Shown one piece after another: positions 45,348-54,846 of a stretch of DNA of 64,000 bases (positions are counted from its first letter, which is position 1; each line of letters begins with the position of its first letter). A model generated the notes under the pieces. It was not told the origin of the DNA. It made no database searches and saw only the letters and a program-made list of their open reading frames with translations. The translations under genes were made by a program, and so were the position numbers. The stretch comes from Candidatus Fermentithermobacillus carboniphilus. GTDB taxonomy: Bacteria > Bacillota > Sulfobacillia > Fermentithermobacillales > Fermentithermobacillaceae. The stretch spans positions 960,494-1,024,493 of the forward strand of contig CP062796.1 in the NCBI GenBank assembly GCA_018208355.1, written 5' to 3'.

Positions 45348-45446
45348 ATATGTGACGTGCAGTCGGAATCCCGGGACACCGTAATACACGCCTCGGTGTT
45401 CCTTACTGGCAGTCTGAAAGGATTGTTTCTAGCCAGTATCACATAT

Positions 45447-46457
45447 TCACACAAAATACTCTACTCTGACACCGGGCAATATCCGGTTTACGAGCTCCAT
45501 CATGGAATCTTTCGCTTGAGCGAGTTTCTCGGCAGGATAAACGTATTTTCCGTAGCCGAACTGGCCCATTTTGAAAAGCCTGTCGTTTTCCTTCATTGGT
45601 AGGCGGGAATCCGGCCGTCTTGCCAGGATCTGTGACTTCGCGCGCTCCGTGAACCTGTGGGTCACGAACTCCAGCGTCGTGTCCTCACGGAGCCCAGATG
45701 GGAACGCCTCTTTAATCATAGTAAGAAGACGCTCGTACGGTCCAAGCCCCCTTTCAAGAAATACTGGGGCGATGAGGAAACCTATGGGGTAGCCGTCTTC
45801 CGCCAGGGTTCTCGCCGCCTCAAGTCTTTCCTCGAGAGGCTGCGTGCCGCGCTCAAATTCCCGATGAAACTCCTCGGCCTCCAGACTGTACCTCATTCTT
45901 GTCTTTCTCCGGTGGTCGAGGCCGAGAAAACTGCTTATGTCCGTGAATTTCGTCACAACTCTGAGGTAGCCGTTGGGGACTTCCGCGAAGAAAGCTATGG
46001 CCCGGCTAATCGCCTTCGTATATCGCTCAACCGGAACGGGATCGGATACGCTCGATCCTTCGAAGGTCACCGCGCCGCTTTTCCGCCTGCAGATTTCTCC
46101 CGCCTTCTCCAAGATCTCTTCGACATTCACGTTTATCCGGATGTACGGAGAAGGCCCCATGGTAGTCTGCAGGTAGCAGTACTCACACATCCCAGGACAG
46201 CCTTTCACAAGGTTGAGCTGGTAGTCGGCGCTCGGCCTGCAAGTGAGGAAAGACGGTTTCTTGTCGACTCCCAGCACGACGATGGTCTTAGCCCGTGCGT
46301 ATCTTGCCGCGGCGGTGAGATTTCGGGGAAGCCTGGGGCTCCCGCGGACAATGACTGAGCCTGCCCGGCGGAAAGCATCCAGTATCCTGGAAGTATCGGG
46401 ATACTCCAGCGCTTTCGGGGTAACAAAGACTGTTTTGGGCACAAATACTGACGCCAC
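45447..46457 (-). CDS. splB: Spore photoproduct lyase (radical SAM)
   Basis: LVKGCPGMCEYCYLQT (CxxxCxxC cluster in SPL context), 336 aa, overall SPL-like sequence. Confidence 0.85.
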   Translation of the reverse strand: MASVFVPKTVFVTPKALEYPDTSRILDAFRRAGSVIVRGSPRLPRNLTAAARYARAKTIVVLGVDKKPSFLTCRPSADYQLNLVKGCPGMCEYCYLQTTMGPSPYIRINVNVEEILEKAGEICRRKSGAVTFEGSSVSDPVPVERYTKAISRAIAFFAEVPNGYLRVVTKFTDISSFLGLDHRRKTRMRYSLEAEEFHREFERGTQPLEERLEAARTLAEDGYPIGFLIAPVFLERGLGPYERLLTMIKEAFPSGLREDTTLEFVTHRFTERAKSQILARRPDSRLPMKENDRLFKMGQFGYGKYVYPAEKLAQAKDSMMELVNRILPGVRVEYFV

Positions 46458-46673
46458 ACGCGTATTCTTCCCTGTCCCGGCGTAATGAATCCAGCACAGT
46501 CCACGGAAACAAAAACGAGACGGGAGTTCCTTGGATCCCCATCCTGTCTGGCATCCTGGTTTACATCGCCTGCCTCATCACCTTATCCTCTCACGCTGTC
46601 CCTTACCTATTAATACCCTGCTGTAACCTTTTTTCGTGCGAAGGCGAACGAAGAATGCTTGGAGCGGACCGGG

Positions 46674-47096
46674 TCAACCTAAGACTTCAAAGCCTTGTTC
46701 AGCAAAATGGCGATCAAAGGTAAAAACCCTCTTCAGTCCACGCCGCCGCATCACCAGGAAACTCACACAGTCCACCAGGCTCAGCTCCCTGCGATTCGCG
46801 GCAAGCACAGCATCAACTGCGCTTTCATGGATAGGTGCGTCAACCCAAAAGATATTGAGTATAGGGTAAACGTCCTCCCGGAAAGCGCGGAGAGCTTCAA
46901 CACCCAGGCGGCGCTGTATCAGCGCAGACGTCTCGACAAGGACGTAGCTGCTGCACGCAAGGCTCGCCCCGGACTGGAGCAATTCTCTCCACAAATCTGC
47001 AGCCCGATGGTGATATACGTCGCTGGCATCCAGCACTGCGAGAAAAGCTGATGTATCAACGTAGACTACCTGCTTTGATACTACCTGCCCTGGCAC
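46674..47096 (-). CDS. vapC: PIN-domain toxin
   Basis: VVYVDTSAFLAVLDASD N-terminal acidic motif, LSLVDCVSFLVM, C-terminal FTFDRHF. 140 aa. Confidence 0.8.
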   Translation of the reverse strand: MPGQVVSKQVVYVDTSAFLAVLDASDVYHHRAADLWRELLQSGASLACSSYVLVETSALIQRRLGVEALRAFREDVYPILNIFWVDAPIHESAVDAVLAANRRELSLVDCVSFLVMRRRGLKRVFTFDRHFAEQGFEVLG

Positions 47097-47098
47097 TC

Positions 47099-47347
47099 TT
47101 AACCACCCATCGCTTCCACAAAGTATTTGTCGTGTTCGACAGACAAGTCGCCAAGCCCTGACCTGAACTTCCCGGCCACAGCAATTGCCCTGGAAATGCA
47201 GTCGTCCCTTTCAGAACCCCGATACTCCGAAATCATCCTGTCAACTGCTCGCCGAACGATCTCAGCCAGAGATACACCAGACGCCGCACTCATGGCCTTC
47301 AGAGCCTCAAACTGTTCCTCAGTCAGTTGAACCTGAGTCCTTACCAT
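47099..47347 (-). CDS. vapB: Ribbon-helix-helix antitoxin
   Basis: MVRTQVQLTEEQFEALKAMSAASGVSLAEIVRRAVDRM. 2-nt gap to vapC. Confidence 0.75.
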   Translation of the reverse strand: MVRTQVQLTEEQFEALKAMSAASGVSLAEIVRRAVDRMISEYRGSERDDCISRAIAVAGKFRSGLGDLSVEHDKYFVEAMGG

Positions 47348-47387
47348 TTCGCTGGCCTCCTCCGTTCATCATGATATAATGTTAGCA

Positions 47388-47402
47388 ATGCTATGATAGC
47401 AT
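47388..47402. promoter_or_regulatory. Perfect 7-1-7 palindrome ATGCTAT-g-ATAGCAT in the vapBC promoter region (likely autoregulatory operator)
   Basis: Read directly, 41-55 nt upstream of the vapB start. RHH antitoxins bind palindromic operators. Confidence 0.5.
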
Positions 47403-47449
47403 GCCTTCATAATTGTGCACAATAAGTCAAATAGCGGAGCGAGGAACAT

Positions 47450-47762
47450 ATGCCCGGAAATCCTCGCGGTTCGGCCCGGCGCCTCGAAGGTCGACTTAAC
47501 TACCGTAGTTGAGCCTTATGGGAAGGACTCGCACGTCGTTACAGAAATTGCCAGCCAAACCAGGGACATTTGTTGAGACTTTCGGCACTGTCCCCGAAAA
47601 TATGCTGAAGTTTTCGGCGGATCCAGCACAGGTATGCTGAATCCCTCCGCAGACCACGTAACCCTATGCAGAAATTCTCCGCCAATCCAGCACCCGGTTT
47701 GCCGAATTCTTCCGCGAACCGTATAGTCTTATGCGGGAATTTTCCGCTAATCCAGTGCCGCT
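47450..47762 (+). repeat. Array of about 9-10 degenerate tandem repeats of 32-33 bp (core TATGCnGAA-n6-TCCGC-n3-ATCCAGCAC) with a 65-bp dimeric higher-order pattern
   Basis: The best units are 47601..47632, 47633..47664, 47665..47697, 47698..47729 and 47730..47762. Odd units end in atccagcac, even units in accRYRta. Upstream units are progressively more degenerate. No ORF spans the array. Confidence 0.7.
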
Positions 47763-47821
47763 CACAATGGAGTATGATCGTTACTGGAAGTACCTGCCTT
47801 TAATTGGGAGGCGTAGTGCTG

Positions 47822-48502
47822 ATGACAACGTGGAAGCAGTATGTGTTGCCTACTGTAGGGTTTTCAATATCGGCCGTACTCTGCCTTATGGCAGCATTGA
47901 CCAGCATTCCTCAACACAAAAGGCTCGCATTCTTAGCTTACTGGATCCCGGTGATATTCGTGTGCATGGCCCTTATACTGGGATGGACGTTGCAAACTCA
48001 CAATTGGGCCTCCTTGTGGGGAACAGGATTCACTGTCCAGACAGCCGGAATATATCTTGGCGCCTCCTTCCTGATAATGGCAGTCCAACGTCCACTCACC
48101 GCTGCAGTCCTAAAATCAACGAACCCTGCCGCGGTTGAAGGCTTGCGGTTGGCTCTTTTCCGCTTCCCGGAATTCTCTCCAACCGTCTTTCGTTCAGTGA
48201 TTGGCAGTCCCATATCTGAGGAATTCCTATTTCGAGGGTGGCTTCTAACCTGGTTTCAAAACCACGACCTATCGCCGATCAAGGTGGGAAGAATTACCCT
48301 TAATGCGGCAAACGTTCTCGCCAGTCTTTCATTTGCGGTGTTTCACATCCCATCCGGCTCGATTTTCAATATGATTGGCGCCTTTTTCATTTCGCTCTTG
48401 CTAGGATCAGCAAAACTCAAGTCCGGAGGCATCCTTCTACCTATGTTGTGTCATGCTCTGATCAATCTCATGAACGAAACCTACTTCGTATGGGTAAGGT
48501 GA
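47822..48502 (+). CDS. CPBP-family (CAAX protease/Abi) intramembrane metalloprotease
   Basis: SEEFLFRGWLL (EExxxR), FAVFH, LCHALINL motifs and multiple TM helices. ATG at 47822 downstream of GGGAGG. Confidence 0.75.
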   Translation: MTTWKQYVLPTVGFSISAVLCLMAALTSIPQHKRLAFLAYWIPVIFVCMALILGWTLQTHNWASLWGTGFTVQTAGIYLGASFLIMAVQRPLTAAVLKSTNPAAVEGLRLALFRFPEFSPTVFRSVIGSPISEEFLFRGWLLTWFQNHDLSPIKVGRITLNAANVLASLSFAVFHIPSGSIFNMIGAFFISLLLGSAKLKSGGILLPMLCHALINLMNETYFVWVR

Positions 48503-48961
48503 ATGCCCCTTGTGAAACCTGTCCCGAGGAACAAGACTGCTGTCCCGAAGTTCCCGGGGCCTGTCAAGCCAAAAACAGGACACAATACTGACCTTAGATT
48601 GGAGAATCTCAGTTAAATGTAGAAAGCCAAGCCCCTGCCTGAACGTCACCTTACGGCCACACGGCAACACAGGTGCCTGGCAAAGGATTCACCTAGCCCG
48701 CCAAATCTGTGATTGCGAGTAAACGTGGCGGCAATGTGATCTGCTCCAGGCTCCCTGCCGGTAACCAAGCACCCTGCGTACCTTGACCGGGACTGCCACC
48801 CAGCCTTCACCAGTTCACGCACCATTGGTTGAAATCAAAAATTCATGTCTACCCCCTTCAACACGGGAATACCAAATATTGCACAAATGTTCACAACAAT
48901 TTCTATCTTTGGGAAGGATTTTACTCCCCATACCGAGAACTACGCCACGCAAGCATTTGAT

Positions 48962-48975
48962 TGAACAATTGTTCA
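48962..48975. promoter_or_regulatory. Perfect 14-bp palindrome TGAACAATTGTTCA abutting the Shine-Dalgarno site of the PTS IIB gene (candidate operator)
   Basis: Read directly. A half-site-like tgttcacaaca lies at about 48887..48897. The SorC-type regulator is encoded in the operon. Confidence 0.45.
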
Positions 48976-48993
48976 CGAAAGGAGGATGATTTT

Positions 48994-49491
48994 TTGGGTT
49001 TTGCCCTGGTTCGCATTGACGATAGGCTTATCCATGGACAGGTGATGGCCGTCTGGGCCAAGGCGCTGGGAGCAAAACGAATCGTCATAGTGGACGACCA
49101 GGTTTCTCAGGATCCCTTTCTGCAGAAAGTGATGCGGCTTGCGGCTCCGCCACAAATCAAAGTAGATATCTGTAGCATCTCCCAGGCACGTGAGGTCCTG
49201 ACAGGTCACGACGAAGCAAGCACTATTGTACTACTCAAGACGCCCCAGACTGCCTTGAGCCTTTTCGAAAATGGAGTACGGTTCAACAGCCTGAACGTGG
49301 GTGGCATCGGAGCCGGCCCCGGGCGCAAACCTGCTTACCGAAACATCTCTTTGTCGAGCGATGAATTTAGCGCGTTGGAAAAACTTGTTTCATCGGGAGT
49401 GCAGGTCGTTTTTAAGATTGTTCCGGATGACCGCGGGATGACGTTGGCTGACCTTGAGCCGAAACTAAAGGCAATTTTTAAGCACAACTAA
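48994..49491 (+). CDS. PTS mannose/sorbose-family EIIB component
   Basis: GFALVRIDDRLIHGQVMAVW. TTG start 8 nt after AAGGAGG. Confidence 0.85.
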   Translation: MGFALVRIDDRLIHGQVMAVWAKALGAKRIVIVDDQVSQDPFLQKVMRLAAPPQIKVDICSISQAREVLTGHDEASTIVLLKTPQTALSLFENGVRFNSLNVGGIGAGPGRKPAYRNISLSSDEFSALEKLVSSGVQVVFKIVPDDRGMTLADLEPKLKAIFKHN

Positions 49492-49509
49492 GCCCGGGAG
49501 GGGTGAGCA

Positions 49510-50268
49510 GTGAACATCGGGGTTTTCCAGGCCTTTCTTATAGCCCTATTCTATTATTTCTCCCAAAGTCCATGGTTCGTGGGGCTGGGATACTGGATTT
49601 TGTATAGGCCGCTTGTAGCCGGTACGATCGTAGGCATTATTCTCGGGAATCCTGTTCAGGGTGCCATAGTGGGAGCCACCATCAACCTTCTATACCTGGG
49701 ATTCATCTCTGCAGGCGGATCGCTTCCGGGAGACCCTGCCCTGGCCGGTTACCTCGGAACGGCTCTCGCGCTGAGTTCCGGCCTTGATGTGAATGCTGCC
49801 TTGGCCTTGGCTGTGCCTATCGGCCTTCTCGGCACAGTCATCTGGTTTGGGCGGATGACGCTGGATTCAATCTTTGTCCATTGGGCTGACCGGTACGCAG
49901 AAGAAGGAAATATGAGGGGTATAGTCATCGCCAACGTTATCGCCCCTCAAATACTGCTGTTCACCATCTCTTTCTTCCCCGTTTTCTTTGCAAGCCTGTA
50001 CGGCCCCCAGGCGGTAAAGGCAGTTCTTGACTTCCTTGGTGCCAATATTCTGCACATGCTCATAGTCATCGGCGGGATGATGCCGGCCTTGGGTATAGCT
50101 CTTAACTTGCGTTCCATCAGCGGACCCGATACCATGCCTTTCTTCTTCCTGGGTTTCCTAGGGGCAGTCTATCTGAAACTTGACGTCATAGCTATCGGCA
50201 TCTTTGCGTTGGTCATCGCGTTTTACGTGGTGAAAAACAGGAGGGTAGTGAGCGCCGATGGAAACTAA
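49510..50268 (+). CDS. PTS mannose/sorbose-family EIIC component
   Basis: 252-aa polytopic membrane protein with a typical IIC-Man sequence (GATINLLYLGFISAGGSLP). Confidence 0.8.
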   Translation: MNIGVFQAFLIALFYYFSQSPWFVGLGYWILYRPLVAGTIVGIILGNPVQGAIVGATINLLYLGFISAGGSLPGDPALAGYLGTALALSSGLDVNAALALAVPIGLLGTVIWFGRMTLDSIFVHWADRYAEEGNMRGIVIANVIAPQILLFTISFFPVFFASLYGPQAVKAVLDFLGANILHMLIVIGGMMPALGIALNLRSISGPDTMPFFFLGFLGAVYLKLDVIAIGIFALVIAFYVVKNRRVVSADGN

Positions 50269-51076
50269 CAAGAAAAGCCTGACCCGTAAAGATCTTCTGA
50301 AGTCGTGGCTCATCTGGACGTTCTTCTCCCACTCCTGCTACAACTATGAGCGACTTCAGGCTCTCGCCTTTGCCCATTCCATGACCCCCATAATCAAGAA
50401 ACTATATGACAAAAAGGAAGAAGTCGTCGCTGCTCTCAAACGCCACCTTGTATTTTTCAATACAGAACCTAACGTTGGGAGCGTCATTCACGGCATAACC
50501 ATAGCAATGGAGGAGGAAAGAGCCAACGGCGCCCCCATAAGCGATGAGGCCATCACCTCGGTTAAGACGAGTCTCATGGGACCTCTTGCCGGTATAGGCG
50601 ATACCATCACCCAGGGCATACTTGCCCCCATCCTGATCGCATTTGGCGTTGACCTCGCCAAAACAGGAAACCTTCTCGGTCCGGTCTTTTACGCCCTCCT
50701 AATCGGTATCGCCATCCTTGGTATAGCGTACTTTACGTTCTTCCAAGGTTACAGGCTCGGAAAGAAAGCAGTAGAGCAGATCCTTGAAGGCGGACTACTT
50801 AAAAACGTGATATCAGGCGCGGGTATAATGGGAGCCACAGTGATCGGGGCACTCACAGCAAAGTTCGTCTCCGTTTCAACTCCCGTGATCCTTACTGTGG
50901 GTCAGGCACAAGTGAAACTTCAAGATGACGTCTTTAACAAAATAATGCCCGGGCTATTACCGCTGCTCCTCACTCTTCTGGTGTTGCGACTCCTCCGTCG
51001 GGGGAACTCGCCAACCAAGGTAATGCTTTGGATTGTGGTTATCGGCATTGTAGGAAGTCTGGTTAAGTTCTTCTAA
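50258..51076 (+). CDS. PTS mannose/sorbose-family EIID component
   Basis: FFSHSCYNYERLQALAFAHSM (the NYERMQ hallmark), 272 aa. Confidence 0.85.
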   Translation: METNKKSLTRKDLLKSWLIWTFFSHSCYNYERLQALAFAHSMTPIIKKLYDKKEEVVAALKRHLVFFNTEPNVGSVIHGITIAMEEERANGAPISDEAITSVKTSLMGPLAGIGDTITQGILAPILIAFGVDLAKTGNLLGPVFYALLIGIAILGIAYFTFFQGYRLGKKAVEQILEGGLLKNVISGAGIMGATVIGALTAKFVSVSTPVILTVGQAQVKLQDDVFNKIMPGLLPLLLTLLVLRLLRRGNSPTKVMLWIVVIGIVGSLVKFF

Positions 51077-51096
51077 TGGTTAAAGGAGGGGAGATC

Positions 51097-52086
51097 TTGG
51101 GCGTTAAAGATATAACCCATGGACATCACCTCGATGAAAATGATATTCGACTTATTATATCCGTCGCAGAACGATACTACGAGTTCGGGCAAACGCAGCA
51201 AGAGATCGCAGACCAGCTCGGGATCTCCCGTCCGAAAGTATCCCGGTTGCTCACTAGAGCAAGACAAGAGGGGATAGTTCAAATTAGCATCGTAAACCCA
51301 TTTTCCCGGGAAAAAGAGGTTGTCCGGGAACTTGTAGAAAAGTATCACCCATATGGATTGGAAGATGCGGTGGTTGTTCCCACCAGCCTCCGGGAAGACG
51401 CACTGATAGCTCAGAAACTCGGTCAGGTAGCTGCTTCATATTTGTGCGAGCACCTCTCAGACGGTGAAGTCGTGGGCATAGGACGGGGACGTACCATATA
51501 CGAGATGGTCAAAGCTCTACCTGAAAGGGAGTTTCCCAACGTACAGATCGTCCCTCTTTCCGGAGGCCTTGGCCAGGCTGACGCCCGGTTTCAGGTCAAT
51601 GAGATGGCTCACCGGGCAGCAGAGAGATTGGGAGGCCGCTGTGTTTACCTTTACGCTCCGGCCATTGTTGAGAGTGAACAAAGTAAAAAGGCGTTGTACT
51701 CGGTCCCGCACATACGCAAGGCGGTCCAGTTGTGGGATCACCTTGACTGGGCAATCGTGGGAATTGGAGCCATCGACAGTCCGCACAATGCAGAGTATTT
51801 CCAGGTAATGAAGTACCTCATCGATGTTTTGGATGTAAGGAACGCAGTCGGAGATATATGCCTCTGGCATTTTGACTTTAACGGTTCCTTCTGCAAAGGG
51901 AAACACGACATTCTGATAAGCATTACTCCCGAACAGCTGAAGCGTTCCAAGAAAACACTTGCCGTAGCCGGTGGAGCCAAGAAAGTTGGAGCGATAGCTG
52001 CAGCACTGAAGGGAGGCATTGTCAGTGTCATGGTGACTGACGAATACACAGCCAGAAAAGTGCTTGAAACAACACAGCAAGAGTAG
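51097..52086 (+). CDS. SorC/DeoR(Bsu)/CggR-family sugar-binding transcriptional regulator
   Basis: N-terminal helix-turn-helix YYEFGQTQQEIADQLGISRPKVSRLL followed by a sugar-phosphate-binding domain. TTG at 51097 after AAAGGAGGGGAG. ORF opens at 51076. Confidence 0.8.
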   Translation: MGVKDITHGHHLDENDIRLIISVAERYYEFGQTQQEIADQLGISRPKVSRLLTRARQEGIVQISIVNPFSREKEVVRELVEKYHPYGLEDAVVVPTSLREDALIAQKLGQVAASYLCEHLSDGEVVGIGRGRTIYEMVKALPEREFPNVQIVPLSGGLGQADARFQVNEMAHRAAERLGGRCVYLYAPAIVESEQSKKALYSVPHIRKAVQLWDHLDWAIVGIGAIDSPHNAEYFQVMKYLIDVLDVRNAVGDICLWHFDFNGSFCKGKHDILISITPEQLKRSKKTLAVAGGAKKVGAIAAALKGGIVSVMVTDEYTARKVLETTQQE

Positions 52087-52088
52087 GG

Positions 52089-52499
52089 ATGAATATGGTC
52101 GGAATCCTAATTATGTCTCACGGGGATTGTGCCTCTGGCTTACTTTCGGCAGCAAGTCTGATCATGGGCGAACTTCCTCTATGTAAAGCCGTTGGGCTTT
52201 ACCCAGGAGAATCCCTTGAAGATTTCATCAACAAGGTGCGGAAGGTCATCGAAGAGTTCCCAAACGGGGTAGAAATCTTGTGCCTCGTCGATCTCTTCGG
52301 AGGGACTCCCGCAAATACAGCCGCTCTCCTCTACGAAATGAGGGGTCACAGATGCATAACTGGTGTAAACCTCCCGATGCTCTTGGAAATCCTTTCGTCC
52401 CGAGAAACCAGGAATATAGATGAACTCGTGGCGATCGGCCAGGAAGCTGGCAAGAGGGGAATCCTGAATCTCGCCGACTCCCTGGAAAGACAGGCCTAG
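52089..52499 (+). CDS. PTS mannose/sorbose-family EIIA component
   Basis: VGILIMSHGDCASGLL with the phospho-His motif. 136 aa. Confidence 0.8.
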   Translation: MNMVGILIMSHGDCASGLLSAASLIMGELPLCKAVGLYPGESLEDFINKVRKVIEEFPNGVEILCLVDLFGGTPANTAALLYEMRGHRCITGVNLPMLLEILSSRETRNIDELVAIGQEAGKRGILNLADSLERQA

Positions 52500-52575
52500 G
52501 CTTAAAAGTGGCGACTCGGCCGATGGAATACTCGTAGTTGTCGAGGTCGCTCAAACATTGAAAGGAGTTACTAGC

Positions 52576-53364
52576 ATGAAGGACTTGAGGATGAACCGGA
52601 TATTTGCAAAAGATGGTAACACCCTCATTGTGGCGATGGACCACGCCGCGACTATGGGGGTATTGCCTGGACTCCAAAATCCTGGATATGTCATTGAAAA
52701 AATCACATTGGGTGGCGCAGATGCAATAATGACGAGCTACGGTGTCATCTCCCGGTTTGGTCACATGATCCGCGGCCTTGGCGTAATCTTGCGCGTGGAC
52801 GGAGGAACTTCTGCCCTCGGGGATAAGGCCACAGGTTTCATGCAGGAGATATACACGGTAGAGGATGCACTGCGCTTGGGCGCAGATGCCGTCGTTTGCA
52901 TGGGCTTTCCCGGATCAAAAAACGAGCATCTTACGTTGAATTATCTGAGCCGAGTAGTTGCTGAGGCCGAGAAATGGGGAGTTCCTGTTCTCGCAGAGAT
53001 GCTGCCACGAGGATTCGAGTCCAGAGAGGACTCACGGACAGTTGAGAATATCAAGACCGCTGTCCGTATAGGTGCAGAGCTTGGGGTGGATTTCATAAAG
53101 ACCCAATATACCGGAACGGTTGATAGTTTCAGGGAGATAGTCGAGAGCGTTTACGTTCCAGTTGTCGTTTTGGGGGGCAGTAAGATGGAGACCGACATCG
53201 ACGTCCTCCAAACTGTCCATTCGGCTATGGAAGCTGGAGCTAGAGGAGTTGCTATCGGGCGTAACATTTGGCAACATCCTGCCCCTGAAAAGATGACGAG
53301 GGCACTACATGCCATAATCCACGAAGGAGTGAGCGTTTCCCAAGCTTCAAAGTATCTCTGCTAA
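52576..53364 (+). CDS. Class I aldolase of the DhnA/FbaB/LsrF family (paralog of 28268..29092)
   Basis: LIVAMDHA..DAVVCMGFPG..VDFIKTQYTG..VVVLGGS..VAIGRNIW. ATG at 52576 after AAAGGAG. Confidence 0.7.
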   Translation: MKDLRMNRIFAKDGNTLIVAMDHAATMGVLPGLQNPGYVIEKITLGGADAIMTSYGVISRFGHMIRGLGVILRVDGGTSALGDKATGFMQEIYTVEDALRLGADAVVCMGFPGSKNEHLTLNYLSRVVAEAEKWGVPVLAEMLPRGFESREDSRTVENIKTAVRIGAELGVDFIKTQYTGTVDSFREIVESVYVPVVVLGGSKMETDIDVLQTVHSAMEAGARGVAIGRNIWQHPAPEKMTRALHAIIHEGVSVSQASKYLC

Positions 53365-53468
53365 GTGGCACAAGACGACGGATAAGCCGCCGCAACGTGT
53401 ACCTTACTGCAGCTGGACTAACCAACCGTACCAAGCATCAAGCATCAATCCGGAAAGGAGAGAGGACC

Positions 53469-54509
53469 GTGGTCAACCATCAGTTAGTCATATGGGGTCC
53501 CAAGAAAGTGGGTATTATTGAGTCTCCTGTACCCGAACCTAGGGCAGAAGAGGTGTTGGTTAAAATCAGGGCTTCTGCCATCTGCACATGGGAACAAAGG
53601 GCATATTCCGGCAGCCAGCAGGATTCGTATCCACTTCTCGGAGGTCATGAGTTCTCCGGCGAAGTTGTCTCCGTGGGACCCGGAGTGAAAAACAGGGATA
53701 TCACTGCCGGTAAGACTGTTGCTGTAGCCAGGTTAACACGGTGCGGAGAATGTCACAACTGCCGTACCGGAAAGGATAATTTGTGCCTAAATACGAGATT
53801 TGACAGGGTTGAAGGGAAACCGTTCGGTCCCGGCGGGTTGAGTGAATATGTGGTGGCCCCCAGCTACCAGATATACCCTTTCAGCAACAATGTTTCCTTT
53901 GAGGAAGCGGCACTCAGTGAGCCTCTTTCCTGTGTAGTACGGAGCATTCGACGCGCCAACGTATCATTTGGGCAGAATGTACTGGTAATAGGAGCCGGTA
54001 TCATGGGGCTTTTGCACGGACTCCTTGCGAAGCTTAGAGGTGCAACGGTCATAATCAGCGAGCCTTTAGAGCATCGACGTAGCAAAGCCCGTGAGATCGG
54101 AGTAGATACTGTAATTAATCCCAAGGAAGAGAATGTGGTTGAGCGTGCCCGCGAACTTACAGGTGGTCTGGGAGCAGATGTAGTATTCGTAACTGCAGGT
54201 GGGGCTGCTGCCATCGAGGAGGCCCTCAGGCTTGTCGCTTCCGGAGGGACCGTAGTCCTTTACGGCGCGATGTATCCACCTCCCATGGTGACCGTGGACG
54301 TGAACAAAATCCACCATAATGAGATCACAATTACGGGAACTATGAGCCAGACCAGAGAGGACTTTCTGATCGCCACGAAACTGATAGACTCGGGTGCTAT
54401 TGATCTTAAACCTCTGATTTCAGCAACCATCCCATTCTCGCAGGTCGAAGAAGCATTCCAAAGAGCACTAGACCCAACAAATTACCGTATTGTTGTGACC
54501 ATGCCCTAA
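53469..54509 (+). CDS. Zinc-dependent medium-chain dehydrogenase (sorbitol/threonine dehydrogenase-like)
   Basis: CTWEQR.., LLGGHEFSGEVV, structural-zinc CGECHNCRTGKDNLC, GAGIMGLL Rossmann motif. GTG start after GGAAAGGAGAGAGG. Confidence 0.85.
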   Translation: MVNHQLVIWGPKKVGIIESPVPEPRAEEVLVKIRASAICTWEQRAYSGSQQDSYPLLGGHEFSGEVVSVGPGVKNRDITAGKTVAVARLTRCGECHNCRTGKDNLCLNTRFDRVEGKPFGPGGLSEYVVAPSYQIYPFSNNVSFEEAALSEPLSCVVRSIRRANVSFGQNVLVIGAGIMGLLHGLLAKLRGATVIISEPLEHRRSKAREIGVDTVINPKEENVVERARELTGGLGADVVFVTAGGAAAIEEALRLVASGGTVVLYGAMYPPPMVTVDVNKIHHNEITITGTMSQTREDFLIATKLIDSGAIDLKPLISATIPFSQVEEAFQRALDPTNYRIVVTMP

Positions 54510-54545
54510 AATCAAGACCACTTTTCTGGTTACCCTTGATAAAAA

Positions 54546-54582
54546 CCCGAGGGGGTCCGGAATTCACTGGGGACCCCTCGGG
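54546..54582. terminator. Strong 12-bp GC-rich hairpin between convergent operons; the U-tract is on the minus-strand side
   Basis: cccgagggggtcc-loop-ggacccctcggg, preceded on the plus strand by AAAAA (TTTTT after the hairpin on the minus strand). Lies 37 nt after the dehydrogenase stop and about 265 nt after the nagB-like stop. Confidence 0.65.
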
Positions 54583-54846
54583 TGTGATAAACACCTCGCC
54601 TTTATCCTAACACGAATCTCTAGAAGACGCTGGTGAATCGACTGGATAGTACTGACGTAGAACGTCGTCTCTCATCAGTCTCACCAGATAAATCTCTTCT
54701 CACCCAACACCGACTTAATTGCTTTTGGCACCAAAATACCCAACCTGACGCGTCATAGCCCCCTCTCGTCAAAGAACCTACCTACCACAAAATGGGCGAC
54801 AAATCGACCAGCAAGACCGCGATGAAGACACCACGGTTCCCTCTGC

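Noticed and set aside
45657-46358. 233-aa plus-strand ORF
   Set aside because: Antisense shadow of splB, whose radical-SAM motif and length support the minus-strand reading.
47450-47762. Possibility that the 32-33-bp repeat array is a CRISPR array
   Set aside because: The would-be spacers (even units) are themselves conserved repeats, so there are no unique spacers. The 65-bp periodicity is a higher-order tandem repeat. No cas genes are adjacent.
54725-54741. TTGGCAC-caaaa-TACCC resembling a sigma-54 -24 element
   Set aside because: There is no TTGC -12 element at the required spacing, and no downstream plus-strand gene.
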